The notes: generated from the sequence alone by a model not told the origin. Counted from the first letter of the stretch, positions 46,552 to 55,967 are shown. The stretch: DNA of 64,000 nt from Robiginitomaculum sp. (GCA_023301505.1 JALZUP010000093.1:8008-72007), one strand, 5' to 3'. Translations and numbers: made by a program.

Positions 46552-49500
46552 ATGTCGAATAATGTGGAAATTTCGCCCAATAGGACCGAATCTGGGCGAT
46601 TATCTAGTGAAAAACCGCGCTCGCGCCGCCGCCGCATCTTTATTCGCCTCGCCTTTGCCCTTTTATTCTTGCTAATTTTGCTCTTTATCGCGGCTTGTGT
46701 TGTCTGGATTAACCGAAATTTGGTTATGGAAGAGTTTGTGCGCCGCCAGATTGAACAGCGCGGATTTGAGGCGCAGTTAACGGTGGATGAGATTACCGAT
46801 AGCGAAGCGCGGCTGCGTCATGTGTTGCTCTCTCAGAACGGTGAATTTATTGCCTCAGCCGATAAAATTGAGATCAGCTATCTTTGGCCCAATATAAAAT
46901 CAGGCGAGATTATTTCAGTAAATCTTGACGGGGCAAAGGCGGCGATCAGCCTTGATGAGGCGGGTAAGGTTAATAATACGTGGATGCCAAAAAGCGAAAC
47001 GGGCGCGGCGATGCAATTTCCGTCTGGCGGAGTGAGCGTGAAAGATAGTCAGGTTCAGCTCAGCTTGCCTTATGGTGATGTGAGCATGAAGGGCGATGTC
47101 ACGGCGCGCGCCAGTGATGAGATTGACGTTGATATTTCTTTTGGCTCGCAATCCAATATGCAATCCAATACAGCATCTGAAGCGGGGCAGCTGCATTATA
47201 AAGATACGCGGCTTAATCTAGCAGATAAGGGCGGATATTTTAAGGGCGGCTTATCAGGCAAACAGATAATTATTGAGCAAAGCTGGGCAGAGTTTGACGC
47301 TGTTACCATTGGGGAGGCTGATATTACAGCTACGCCCTCGCAGCCCATTAGCCTCACCGCAAAGGGTGTGTTGAGCTTGCCTGAATTGGAACAAATGCGA
47401 AATTATACATTTGACGGCGCGCTTCGTTTGGCGGGCCTAAATATTGATCATCCCAATATAGATGCGCGCGCGGCGCATAGCGCATTTGACGGCAGCGTCC
47501 ACTATAATGGCAATAGGGATAATGGTAATGGCGGCGCATTTGATTTGCGCGGTCTTTTGACAGGGGGCGCGGACAGCGCGGCATATCTTAAAGAGCGCAG
47601 CGCGCCTTATGCTAAGGGGCAAGATTTATCTGTGTCATATGAGGGCCAAATAGCGAAAACAGATAAGGCGGCCATTTTATTATCAGGCTTGATTGACCTT
47701 GAGGCGCAAGATTTGGGCTTTGCCAATCGCGCAGATGCGCGCAATTTGGCCGAGCGCCTTGCCGTGCATGAAGGGCTTTCAGCGACTCCCGTGGCGCAAA
47801 ATTTTCACGCAGATATAACGGCGCAAATTGCGCATATATTTGAAGGCGCGCAGACCCGCGCCCATTTATCACTTGAGCATGATGAGGCAGGATATCGTCT
47901 TGGGCTAAGCGAGCCATTAGAATTAATGGGGCAATTAACGGGGCGAGATAAGCAAAACGGCCTGACGATTAGCGCCTCTGAGTCCGCCTCTGGGCCCGCG
48001 TCTGGGGGCGCGCCTTTCATCACATTTGCTGCGGCCCAAGATGAGTTAAAGCTGAGTGCTGATTTGGCCCTATCTGGCGCGCGCGCTCTTGATGTGAGCG
48101 CGCTCAAATTATCTGCCGCGTCAAAGACCGGCCTTAGCCTATTAGGCGTGCAATCCGTATCGGGCGTGATTTCAAGCTTGTCTGAATGGCGCGGGCAGGG
48201 CACACGCCTTTCGCCCTTTATCGTGGATTTGACTTATACGGCTAAAAATGAGGTGGTTAAAAATGAAGCGGGCAGAAATGAAGTGAGCGCGCTGACCCAT
48301 TTGGCGGTTGAGACCCATCTTGATTATGACGGCCCATTTTTAAATTCTGAGCTTACAGGCCTGAAAGCAAGCGGACGGCTTAGCCGCGAGGGTCGGGGCA
48401 GCAATAGCATGATATGGTTTGACGCGGGCGCGCCTGTTCAAATCGGTAATGTTGTAACGCAGACAGGCTGGGGCGCTCAAAATGTTAAGGCTGTGCTTGA
48501 ATCAGGCGCGCCTCTTTTAACGCAAGGTAGCCTCTCTTCAGCTGGCTCTTCAGATAATTCTTCTGGCAGCTCCTCAGCTGGGCAGTTGGGCCGGCTTATG
48601 GAGATGCCCCTCCAGCAGCTAAGCGCCATTGTCTATGATGATACAGGGGAGAAAAATTTTACGGTTAAGGCCGACAAGGCCAAAGTGAGCGGCAGCCAAA
48701 CGGCGGCGGGCCAGACCTGGGAGGCGGTTTTTAATGGATTTGATGTTTTCTCTGACACTACGCCTAGCCCAAACTCTCAGCTAAGCAGTGATGATGTGAC
48801 GCTGAGTTTGGAGCGCCTTGAACGGCCTGTAGGAGATGGGGGGGATTTGGGGGGGGCAGCCGATTTGCCATGGACATATAAGCTTAAAACACAGGCTTTA
48901 AATGCCGATTTGGCGCAGCTTAAATTAGAGGGTGTGGGAGTTGAGCTAAGCGGGCAGGGCTCTGACTTTACCGCAAATTATCAAGGCGGAACGGCTGAGC
49001 TTGACGGCACAAATTTACCGCCTTTACCGATGACGGGGCAAGCGAGCTATCAAGGCGGCGTGCTAAGCGGGACTGCTAAGACGGCCATGCCGCGCGCGGC
49101 TCAATTTCCTATCTATGCAAATTATTTTTATGAAAACGGAATTGGCACGGCGGATTTGAATATTCCTGAATTTATTTTTAGCCCCGCGACTATTCAGCCC
49201 GCCGAACTTGCGCCAGCTCTGCGCGGTAAAATCGCGCAAGTGTCGGGTCTGGCCTCAGCCAAAGTCACATTAGGCTATAAGCTGGGTGAAGGCGTAAGCT
49301 CATCGGGGACGGTGACTTTAACCGATATGGATATTGGGACATTGGTGGGGCCTTTTACGGGGGTCAATACGACGTTAAATCTTGATAATTTAGTCCCGCT
49401 TCGCAGTCTGGGAACGCAAACCATTACGATGAGCGGGTTTAACCCCGGCTTGCCTTTGGGCGAGGGCTTTGTCAGCTTTGATGTCGTTGAGGGCGGAATT

Positions 49501-50052
49501 GCGCTGCATGAGGCGCGCTGGCCGCTCAATACTGGCCATATTTATATCGAGCCAACGACATGGGACACAGAGGGCCGTGTCAACCGTATCATTGTGCGCG
49601 TGGAAGATGTGTCTTTAGCGGCGCTTATTGGGGAATTAGGCAATGAGGATATCTCGGCCACAGGACAGATCAGCGGAGTTTTGCCTATTCTCATAGACGG
49701 GGTGAGTGTTTTGGTGGAGGATGGAAATCTATCCGTTCAAGAGGGCGGGGTCATTCGCGTGCGAACAGAAGGGCTTGACGCGGCTGGAGCGAGTAATGAG
49801 ACCGCTAAAATTGCGATCGATGCGCTCAAAGAGTTTCAATATAAGGAATTATCGCTTGATATTAACGGGCCGCTAGATGGCGATATGGTCATCGGAGCGG
49901 TCTTTAGCGGGAAAAATACCGATGTTTTAGGCGGGGCCGATTTTCTATTTAGAGTTAATATTGAGGGCGAATTGCTCAATATTGCTAAAAGTTTTGCAAA
50001 AAATGCAAAAGTTGAAGAATTTTTACGCGTGCTTGATGAAGAACTGCGTTAA
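46552..50052 (+). CDS. Large YdbH-like (AsmA-like/dicarboxylate-transport domain) envelope protein
   Basis: 1166 aa with an N-terminal TM segment and beta-rich repetitive composition. It is followed by ynbE- and ydbL-like genes, as in the enterobacterial ydbH-ynbE-ydbL operon. Confidence 0.65.
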   Translation: MSNNVEISPNRTESGRLSSEKPRSRRRRIFIRLAFALLFLLILLFIAACVVWINRNLVMEEFVRRQIEQRGFEAQLTVDEITDSEARLRHVLLSQNGEFIASADKIEISYLWPNIKSGEIISVNLDGAKAAISLDEAGKVNNTWMPKSETGAAMQFPSGGVSVKDSQVQLSLPYGDVSMKGDVTARASDEIDVDISFGSQSNMQSNTASEAGQLHYKDTRLNLADKGGYFKGGLSGKQIIIEQSWAEFDAVTIGEADITATPSQPISLTAKGVLSLPELEQMRNYTFDGALRLAGLNIDHPNIDARAAHSAFDGSVHYNGNRDNGNGGAFDLRGLLTGGADSAAYLKERSAPYAKGQDLSVSYEGQIAKTDKAAILLSGLIDLEAQDLGFANRADARNLAERLAVHEGLSATPVAQNFHADITAQIAHIFEGAQTRAHLSLEHDEAGYRLGLSEPLELMGQLTGRDKQNGLTISASESASGPASGGAPFITFAAAQDELKLSADLALSGARALDVSALKLSAASKTGLSLLGVQSVSGVISSLSEWRGQGTRLSPFIVDLTYTAKNEVVKNEAGRNEVSALTHLAVETHLDYDGPFLNSELTGLKASGRLSREGRGSNSMIWFDAGAPVQIGNVVTQTGWGAQNVKAVLESGAPLLTQGSLSSAGSSDNSSGSSSAGQLGRLMEMPLQQLSAIVYDDTGEKNFTVKADKAKVSGSQTAAGQTWEAVFNGFDVFSDTTPSPNSQLSSDDVTLSLERLERPVGDGGDLGGAADLPWTYKLKTQALNADLAQLKLEGVGVELSGQGSDFTANYQGGTAELDGTNLPPLPMTGQASYQGGVLSGTAKTAMPRAAQFPIYANYFYENGIGTADLNIPEFIFSPATIQPAELAPALRGKIAQVSGLASAKVTLGYKLGEGVSSSGTVTLTDMDIGTLVGPFTGVNTTLNLDNLVPLRSLGTQTITMSGFNPGLPLGEGFVSFDVVEGGIALHEARWPLNTGHIYIEPTTWDTEGRVNRIIVRVEDVSLAALIGELGNEDISATGQISGVLPILIDGVSVLVEDGNLSVQEGGVIRVRTEGLDAAGASNETAKIAIDALKEFQYKELSLDINGPLDGDMVIGAVFSGKNTDVLGGADFLFRVNIEGELLNIAKSFAKNAKVEEFLRVLDEELR

Positions 50053-50091
50053 TGCCAAGTTCAGCTAGCATATCCTATAAAGGAGATAATA

Positions 50092-50313
50092 ATGGTAATG
50101 AAGAGATATAGCCCTATGAAATGGCCAGTTTTGGCAAGCGGGCTTATTGTAAGCGGCGTTTTGGTTTTACCAGCCTGTGCGCCGACAGTTAGAATACAGG
50201 CGCCGGATAAACCGATTGAGATAAATTTGAATGTTAAAATTGATCAAGAGGTTCGCGTAAGATTGGATAGAGATATTGAGGATCTGCTCACAGATAACCC
50301 CGATATATTCTAA
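50092..50313 (+). CDS. YnbE family lipoprotein
   Basis: The lipobox is LPAC, followed by APTVRIQAPDKPIEINLNVKIDQEVRV. Confidence 0.75.
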   Translation: MVMKRYSPMKWPVLASGLIVSGVLVLPACAPTVRIQAPDKPIEINLNVKIDQEVRVRLDRDIEDLLTDNPDIF

Positions 50314-50340
50314 ACTGACCACAAATTTAAGGAGGTCAAA

Positions 50341-50730
50341 ATGAAGATGATGAAAAAAATAGTCACAGGATTTGCAACTGCATCTGCCATGATGTTGGGG
50401 GCGGCGACGCTTCCTTTAATTGCGCCTAATTTTGCCATAAGTCAGGCTGTTGCCGCGGATGCGAAAACCTTGACAGATCAGGCTAAGTCTAGCGGTGCGG
50501 TCGGAGAGCGCGCCGATGGTTATTTGGGCGTTGTTAGCTCTGCCTCTTCAGAGCTTCAGGCGGCGGTTGATGAGATTAATATTCGCCGCAAGGCCGTTTA
50601 TGCGCGTTTGGCGCAACAGCAAAATGTTTCTATCAGTGTGGTTGCCGCTCTTTCGGGTGAAAAGCTCATCGGGAAAGCGCCATCAGGACAAAAAATTATG
50701 TCAAGCTCAGGAAGCTGGACGACCAAATAG
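50341..50730 (+). CDS. YdbL (DUF1318) family periplasmic protein
   Basis: A signal peptide, then GAVGERADGYLGVV....INIRRKAVYARLA. Confidence 0.75.
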   Translation: MKMMKKIVTGFATASAMMLGAATLPLIAPNFAISQAVAADAKTLTDQAKSSGAVGERADGYLGVVSSASSELQAAVDEINIRRKAVYARLAQQQNVSISVVAALSGEKLIGKAPSGQKIMSSSGSWTTK

Positions 50731-50811
50731 GTCTTAATCCATTTGTAAAATTATGGCCCGCCGCCTCGCCTTGTTGGTAATGTGACTTATTGGTAGGCCT
50801 AAATAAATAAA

Positions 50812-50843
50812 GCCGTTATGCCGCGTCATAACGGCTTTTGCTT
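50812..50843 (+). terminator. Intrinsic terminator
   Basis: gccgttatg-ccgcgt-cataacggc followed by ttttgcttt. Confidence 0.8.
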
Positions 50844-50932
50844 TGACCGATAGGGTGAATTCGCGTTACAGGGGTAAGGTACTCAAGTCTTCGCGTCTTA
50901 ATGGCGCGTTTTGAATTTTCCGGGGGGAATGA

Positions 50933-51625
50933 ATGAACGATCCAAAAAAACTGACACCAGCAACGCTAGCGGCTTTGCTCAGCGCGCGCATATGTCATGA
51001 TTTGATCAGCCCCATCGGAGCGCTCAGCGCGGCGCTTGAAGTGTTTGACGATGATGACAATATTGATATGCGCGAAGATGCGATGGATTTGATTCGGGTC
51101 AGCTCACTGCAAGCCAATGCGAAACTTCAATTTTTGCGTCTGGCATTTGGCGCGGGCGGCTCTGCTCCGGGCATTATTGGCGTTCAAGAACTTAAAAAAT
51201 TGACAATGGGCGTTTATGGCGATGCCAAAGCCAGCTTGTCTTGGCAATTAGGCATAGAGGGTCTTGATAAGCCCTCTTCCCGCCTTTTGCTAAATCTGGT
51301 TATGCTGGCTGTGCAGGCGGTGCCGCGCGGCGGTGATGTGGTTATTACGGGTAGCGCGCAGGGCGGCATGACTCGGCTGAGCCTTGTTGCCAGCGGGCCT
51401 AAGGCGCGTTTGGCAGAGGCCGTCTCTAAAGCTTTATCTGGCAAGGCCCCTGATGATGGCTGGGATGGGCGCACGGTGCAGCCCTTTTATGCAGGTATGA
51501 TTGCGCGCGAGGCGAAGGGCCGAGTTGAAGCGCGCGCCGATGGGGAGCGCATTGAATTTGTCGCGCTTATACCTGAACAAATTGCGCAGTCTGCACAACC
51601 CGCCCAACCCGAACAGGCTGACTAA
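50933..51625 (+). CDS. chpT: Histidine phosphotransferase ChpT (CckA-to-CtrA/CpdR relay)
   Basis: LLSARICHDLISPIGALSAALEV.DD, FLRLAFG, KPSSRLLLNLVMLA. It aligns with Caulobacter ChpT as I remember it. Confidence 0.8.
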   Translation: MNDPKKLTPATLAALLSARICHDLISPIGALSAALEVFDDDDNIDMREDAMDLIRVSSLQANAKLQFLRLAFGAGGSAPGIIGVQELKKLTMGVYGDAKASLSWQLGIEGLDKPSSRLLLNLVMLAVQAVPRGGDVVITGSAQGGMTRLSLVASGPKARLAEAVSKALSGKAPDDGWDGRTVQPFYAGMIAREAKGRVEARADGERIEFVALIPEQIAQSAQPAQPEQAD

Positions 51626-51647
51626 AATCACCTGCTAAACTGCCTAA
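51618..51647. repeat. Three CTG(N)CTAA units beginning with the chpT stop
   Basis: ctgacTAA aatcac ctgcTAA a ctgccTAA. Confidence 0.6.
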
Positions 51648-51841
51648 GCCGTTTTAGGCGTGATATATGGCCAATTTTATACAGGGTTATAAAGGGCCAA
51701 ATTAAACCGCTTGAAAGGCATATAGCGCCATTTATGATGCGTTTTTCTTCAAGTTTTATCACCCAATTAACCAATTTAATCCACAGTTTCTTCTCAATGA
51801 ATAATTCAGGCTATGGGCCTGTATGAGACTGAAGGTTTTGG

Positions 51842-53065
51842 ATGCTACAGGCCGAGCGCGATTTTATAAATCTTGCTGAAGCCCATATGGCGCAATTGCG
51901 TCTTGTGGACGGCGACGCTGTGGCTATTGAAGATGTGCTTAGAGACCGCGCCGGCCATGAGCCGCAAGCTTTATTAGCGCGCCAGATTAAAAGCGCTGCC
52001 CAAAATGTGAAAGCGAGAGCGATTGCTGTGGCGGCGCGCCGCTGCGAAATGCTGATCAATAAGCATTTTGCGATAGGGCCTGATTCTTCAAATTCGGATA
52101 TAGAGAGCCTTAAGATTAAAACCGATTTGCTTTTGGGTCTGCGAACGCTAGACCGACTCATCGGGCTTTACGGGGCGGGGCTAAGAGAAATTGATCCTGA
52201 ATTTGCAAATGCGCCTGACTTTTCCAGCGTAGATGTGAGCCCGCCGCAAGGCAAAGATAGCTCTGCAAAGATGATTGCTGCGCCTATGTCTAGCGCTGCG
52301 CCGAAAGCTGCCAATATATTGCAAGGCCAAAGCGCCGCCGCCCAGCAGCTCTCAAATCTCATACATATTGCCCCCGTGCATGATCAAGGCGCGTTAATAC
52401 GGTTAGTTAAAATCGCTGCCCCGCAAATTACGGTTCCGCAAATGGGCGTCCAGCCTGATGTAACGCCGAGCCTAGATTTGCGTGGTTTGCAAGCGCCCGC
52501 TGCTTCATCTACGGATATAGCGCCCTGCGTTCATATCGGGCTTGAAGCCTTGATGACCACCATTACCGATAAGGCTTTGGGCATGGCTTATCATTCGGGC
52601 AGGCGTATTAGCTTATCTTATGATGTAGGCGAGCATGTTGTATCTGCTAAAATGGCTGAGCGTATTACCCATAGGCTTGACCTAATTTGCGCGGCGCTTA
52701 TCGAGCACAGCTTTGTGTCATCGCCTAACGATCCTATGGCTCAGATCAGTATTACCGCGGGCCCATCAGGCACAAGCCTTGATATTACAGCCAATGGCAC
52801 TCCATTGCCGTCCCAAATATTATCTCATCATGCAGATATGGCCCAGCTAGAGAGCCAAGATGTCGCCAACCACATCACGGTGAGTTTGTTGTCGGGTGCT
52901 TCAGATATGCCTGATGTCTTGGATGCTAAAGAAACTGCCCCTGATTTGCTAAGCCATTTTGACTGCGATCTGCTTGAGCAGATTGAAGCCATTCCAGAAA
53001 GCGCAGACCGTATAAAGGGGCAACATATTCAAGCCAAGCAAGATAGTCTGGAGCAGCGCATATGA
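51842..53065 (+). CDS. Hypothetical 407-aa protein with an Hpt-like helical N-terminus and a C-terminal region resembling a degenerate histidine-kinase CA domain
   Basis: LLARQIKSAAQNVKARAIAVAARRCE follows the Hpt pattern (aH.LKGsa.n.GA..l...a..lE) but has Arg at the His position. The C-terminal RLDLICAALIEHSF....ISITAGPSGTSLDITANG parallels the ChpT/HK N-box to G1 region. It is translationally coupled to the next gene. Confidence 0.4.
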   Translation: MLQAERDFINLAEAHMAQLRLVDGDAVAIEDVLRDRAGHEPQALLARQIKSAAQNVKARAIAVAARRCEMLINKHFAIGPDSSNSDIESLKIKTDLLLGLRTLDRLIGLYGAGLREIDPEFANAPDFSSVDVSPPQGKDSSAKMIAAPMSSAAPKAANILQGQSAAAQQLSNLIHIAPVHDQGALIRLVKIAAPQITVPQMGVQPDVTPSLDLRGLQAPAASSTDIAPCVHIGLEALMTTITDKALGMAYHSGRRISLSYDVGEHVVSAKMAERITHRLDLICAALIEHSFVSSPNDPMAQISITAGPSGTSLDITANGTPLPSQILSHHADMAQLESQDVANHITVSLLSGASDMPDVLDAKETAPDLLSHFDCDLLEQIEAIPESADRIKGQHIQAKQDSLEQRI

Positions 53066-53427
53066 AGACATGTTTGATTGTTGATGACAGCAAGATGATT
53101 CGCCGCGTCGCAGGCCGAATATTAAAAGACTTGAAGTTTAACGCGCGAGAGGCGGCAAATGGCTCTGAGGCTTTGACCGCGTGCGAAAATGATATGCCAG
53201 ATGCTATTTTGCTCGACTGGAATATGCCCGTAATGGACGGCATAAACTTTTTAAAGACTCTCAGAGATGTGCCAGGCGGTGAACGCCCCGTCGTGGTCTT
53301 TTGCAGCGCAGAGCGCAGCGTTGAGAAAATCACGCAGGCTCTGGAGGCTGGGGCTGACGAATATATTATGAAGCCTTTTGATAGTGATATTATTGAGTCT
53401 AAATTTATCGAAGCAGGAATTTTGTGA
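53062..53427 (+). CDS. Single-domain CheY-like response regulator
   Basis: LIVDDS, LLDWNMPVMDG, and KPF with the conserved Asp and Lys positions. Confidence 0.85.
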   Translation: MKTCLIVDDSKMIRRVAGRILKDLKFNAREAANGSEALTACENDMPDAILLDWNMPVMDGINFLKTLRDVPGGERPVVVFCSAERSVEKITQALEAGADEYIMKPFDSDIIESKFIEAGIL

Positions 53428-54356
53428 GCGCCGCCCTTTCATTACAGCTTAGCTATTATGACGCCTTAAAACAGCTCACCTTAGAGCTGGCGGGGGTGAA
53501 GCTAGGCGAAAATCATAAGTTCTTAGTTGAAACTCGGCTGGCGGCATTAGCGCGCCGCGAAGGGTTTGAGACTATGCCCGATATGATAGATGAGCTATTT
53601 AGCCGGGGCCAAACACGTCTTGCCGTCAATGTCGTCTCGGCATTGATTGAGCGCGATATGCGCTTTTTCTATGATAAGGCTGGATTTGCCGCATTAGAAG
53701 ATATTGCCTTGCCGCGCCTTATGGCCGTTTATAAAGACCGCCCGATAAAGGTTTTAAGCTTTGGCTGCGGAACAGGGCAGGACGCGGTCTCTTTGGCAAT
53801 TATTTTAGATAAATTGACAAAAAATTTCCCAAAATTGACATTTGAAATTACGGGCGTGGATTATCCAAGCCATGCATTAAGCCGGGCTCAAGAAGGGCGA
53901 TATACTCATTTTGAAGTGCAGCGCGGATTGCCTGCGCGTGATCTCGTGAAATATTTTGAGCGCAAAGATGAAGATTGGTGCGTGGCAAAATCGCTTGCGG
54001 CTCATATAAAGTTTGAAGAATTTCATTTGCTCAGCAATGCTGAGCCTTTGGGGCAATATCAAATTATTATGTTTCGCGGGGCGCTCAAACGATATTCACC
54101 GCCTGCGCAAATGCGTATTTTACGAAGCCTCGCTCCAGCGGTCGTGCCACATGGATATTTCCTGTTAGGATCAGCGGAAGATTTAAGCGGGCTAAATTTT
54201 GGCTTTGAACCTTGCAGCGATGATGACGGCCTTGCGGGCGGCTTATACCGAAAGCTTGAACCACTCGCCCCCGCCGAGCCTGAGCCAGAACCTGCGGAAG
54301 TGCGCACAACCTTTGAAAAGGCAAAAAAGCGCGCCGCCGCTGCCTTTAAATCCTAA
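53424..54356 (+). CDS. CheR-type protein-glutamate O-methyltransferase-like protein
   Basis: FFYDKAGF (FFRD-like), KVLSFGCGTGQDAVSLAI (SAGCSTGEE-like), IMFRGAL. It overlaps the RR gene by 4 bp. Confidence 0.75.
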   Translation: MSAALSLQLSYYDALKQLTLELAGVKLGENHKFLVETRLAALARREGFETMPDMIDELFSRGQTRLAVNVVSALIERDMRFFYDKAGFAALEDIALPRLMAVYKDRPIKVLSFGCGTGQDAVSLAIILDKLTKNFPKLTFEITGVDYPSHALSRAQEGRYTHFEVQRGLPARDLVKYFERKDEDWCVAKSLAAHIKFEEFHLLSNAEPLGQYQIIMFRGALKRYSPPAQMRILRSLAPAVVPHGYFLLGSAEDLSGLNFGFEPCSDDDGLAGGLYRKLEPLAPAEPEPEPAEVRTTFEKAKKRAAAAFKS

Positions 54357-54365
54357 ATATCCTAA
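54348..54365. repeat. 9-bp x2 duplication of the cheR-like terminal codons plus stop
   Basis: The units are aaatccTAA | atatccTAA. A further 13-bp x3 array (ataataaagccct | ataataaagaccc | ataaaaaaaacccc) lies at 54441-54480. Confidence 0.75.
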
Positions 54366-54468
54366 ACTCAGCCTTTTTAAGCTAACCTTTGATTTCTGCC
54401 CCTGATCTGTGAAGCTAGCTATAGAGCTGCGCTGTTCATTATAATAAAGCCCTATAATAAAGACCCAT

Positions 54469-54500
54469 AAAAAAAACCCCGCCAAGCTGGCAGGGTTTTT
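54469..54500. terminator. Bidirectional intrinsic terminator between the cheR-like gene and ctrA
   Basis: A8-ccccgcca-agc-tggcaggg-T5. Confidence 0.75.
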
Positions 54501-54557
54501 ATCGCTTTGCAAACTGGGAGGCGTTTGCGAAATGAGTGTAAGGCGAGCCTTAAATGT

Positions 54558-55253
54558 TTAAGCGCTTAGGCGGTCACGTGAAGGTTCACGCAAGACATAG
54601 CCGCGTCCCCATACAGTTTCGATATAATGCTCGCCGCCTGTGGCCGCTGCCAATTTTTTACGCAGCTTACAAATGAACACGTCAATAATTTTTAGCTCAG
54701 GCTCGTCCATGCCGCCATAAAGGTGGTTGAGAAACATTTCTTTGGTCAAAGTGGTGCCTTTGCGCAAAGATAAAAGCTCTAGCATTTGATATTCTTTACC
54801 TGTCAGGTGAACGCGGTGCTCGGCCACTTCAACAGTTTTAGCATCCAGATTAACCTGAATGTCGCCTGTTGTGATAATTGACTGGCTATGCCCCTTAGAG
54901 CGGCGCACAACAGCGTGGATGCGGGCAATCAGCTCATCCTTGTGGAACGGCTTGGTCATATAGTCATCGGCGCCTGTGCCAAGGCCACGAACCTTCGTGT
55001 CAATGTCAGATGTGCCAGAGAGAATGAAAATCGGTGTATTGACCTTAGACATTCGTAATGTCTTCAAAACATCAAACCCTGGCATGTCTGGCAGGTTAAG
55101 GTCGAGAAGTATGATATCATAATCATAGAGTTTGCCTAAATCGACCCCCTCTTCTCCGAGGTCTGTCGTATAGACGTTAAAGCTTTCAGATTTCAGCATA
55201 AGCTCAATACTTTGAGCTGTGGCCATGTCATCTTCGATAAGAAGTACGCGCAT
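54558..55253 (-). CDS. ctrA: Cell-cycle master response regulator CtrA (OmpR family)
   Basis: [58 protein letters not shown]. This is near-canonical CtrA along the whole length. Confidence 0.95.
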   Translation of the reverse strand: MRVLLIEDDMATAQSIELMLKSESFNVYTTDLGEEGVDLGKLYDYDIILLDLNLPDMPGFDVLKTLRMSKVNTPIFILSGTSDIDTKVRGLGTGADDYMTKPFHKDELIARIHAVVRRSKGHSQSIITTGDIQVNLDAKTVEVAEHRVHLTGKEYQMLELLSLRKGTTLTKEMFLNHLYGGMDEPELKIIDVFICKLRKKLAAATGGEHYIETVWGRGYVLREPSRDRLSA

Positions 55254-55269
55254 ATCTGCCCTCCCAGGC

Positions 55270-55359
55270 GAATCACTATCCCTTTTACTATGGGATATAG
55301 TTAACGGAAACTAACGCATACGTGAATCCCGTAAAGTAAATGTTAACGATAAAATTAAC
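55270..55359 (-). promoter_or_regulatory. ctrA upstream region with two GANTC (CcrM-type) sites and TTAAC half-site pairs
   Basis: GAATC occurs at 55270-55274 and 55324-55328. ttaacggaaactaac is at about 55301 and gttaacgataaaattaac at 55342-55359, where the spacing is N8 rather than the canonical N7. Confidence 0.35.
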
Positions 55360-55536
55360 TTTTCCCCTAAAATTGCCCCAATATTGGAAAATAGCAGTAT
55401 TTTTCATATTTGTGGATAAAATTTACCAGAGTGTAATCTTGTTACTGTAATCAAGTTGAAAGGCGAAAATCGTCACGTGCCAAAGCACCATTAGAGTGTA
55501 GGCATTTTTAGGTTTGGTAGGGTAACAGGTTAAATT

Positions 55537-55905
55537 ATGTCTGCATCAATGGATAAGAGTGTGCGTAATACACGTTTTGCAATTGCTGATCTTCAGAAAC
55601 GCATCGAGGTTTTAGAACTAACGCGCGATGATTTGGGGCGCCAGATAGGGCGTTTGGAAGATAGCGTACCAGAAGAAGAAGTCGACGCTAGCGCCGAGCG
55701 CGAAGGCTATGTGGCTTATGGCTCTTATGCGCAGTCTGTGATCGCGCGTAAGCAAAATATTCGCCAAACACTAGACGATATTAATGCTCAAACCGCAGAG
55801 CTAGCGGGTGAATTGCGTATTGCGCTTGATTCGCTAGATAGTTTTGAGCGTGTGCGCGCGCGCCAAATGGCGGCAAAAGCTGAAAAAGCGCTCAAACGCG
55901 CTTAG
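55537..55905 (+). CDS. Coiled-coil protein, FliJ-family-like (flagellar export chaperone); tentative
   Basis: 122 aa, all-helical, with heptad-like charge patterning. It is divergent from ctrA. The family call rests on composition, length and remembered synteny. Confidence 0.4.
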   Translation: MSASMDKSVRNTRFAIADLQKRIEVLELTRDDLGRQIGRLEDSVPEEEVDASAEREGYVAYGSYAQSVIARKQNIRQTLDDINAQTAELAGELRIALDSLDSFERVRARQMAAKAEKALKRA

Positions 55906-55967
55906 GGTTTTAGCCCCCTTCAATTTGTCCATACGGCCATAATCATAATATTGGGCCTAATAAAGCG

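Noticed and set aside
55342-55359. Canonical CtrA box (TTAA-N7-TTAAC) upstream of ctrA / the fliJ-like gene.
   Set aside because: On counting, the spacer is 8 nt (TTAA-cgataaaa-TTAAC). The other candidate (about 55301) has a defective second half-site. I report them only as CtrA-box-like.
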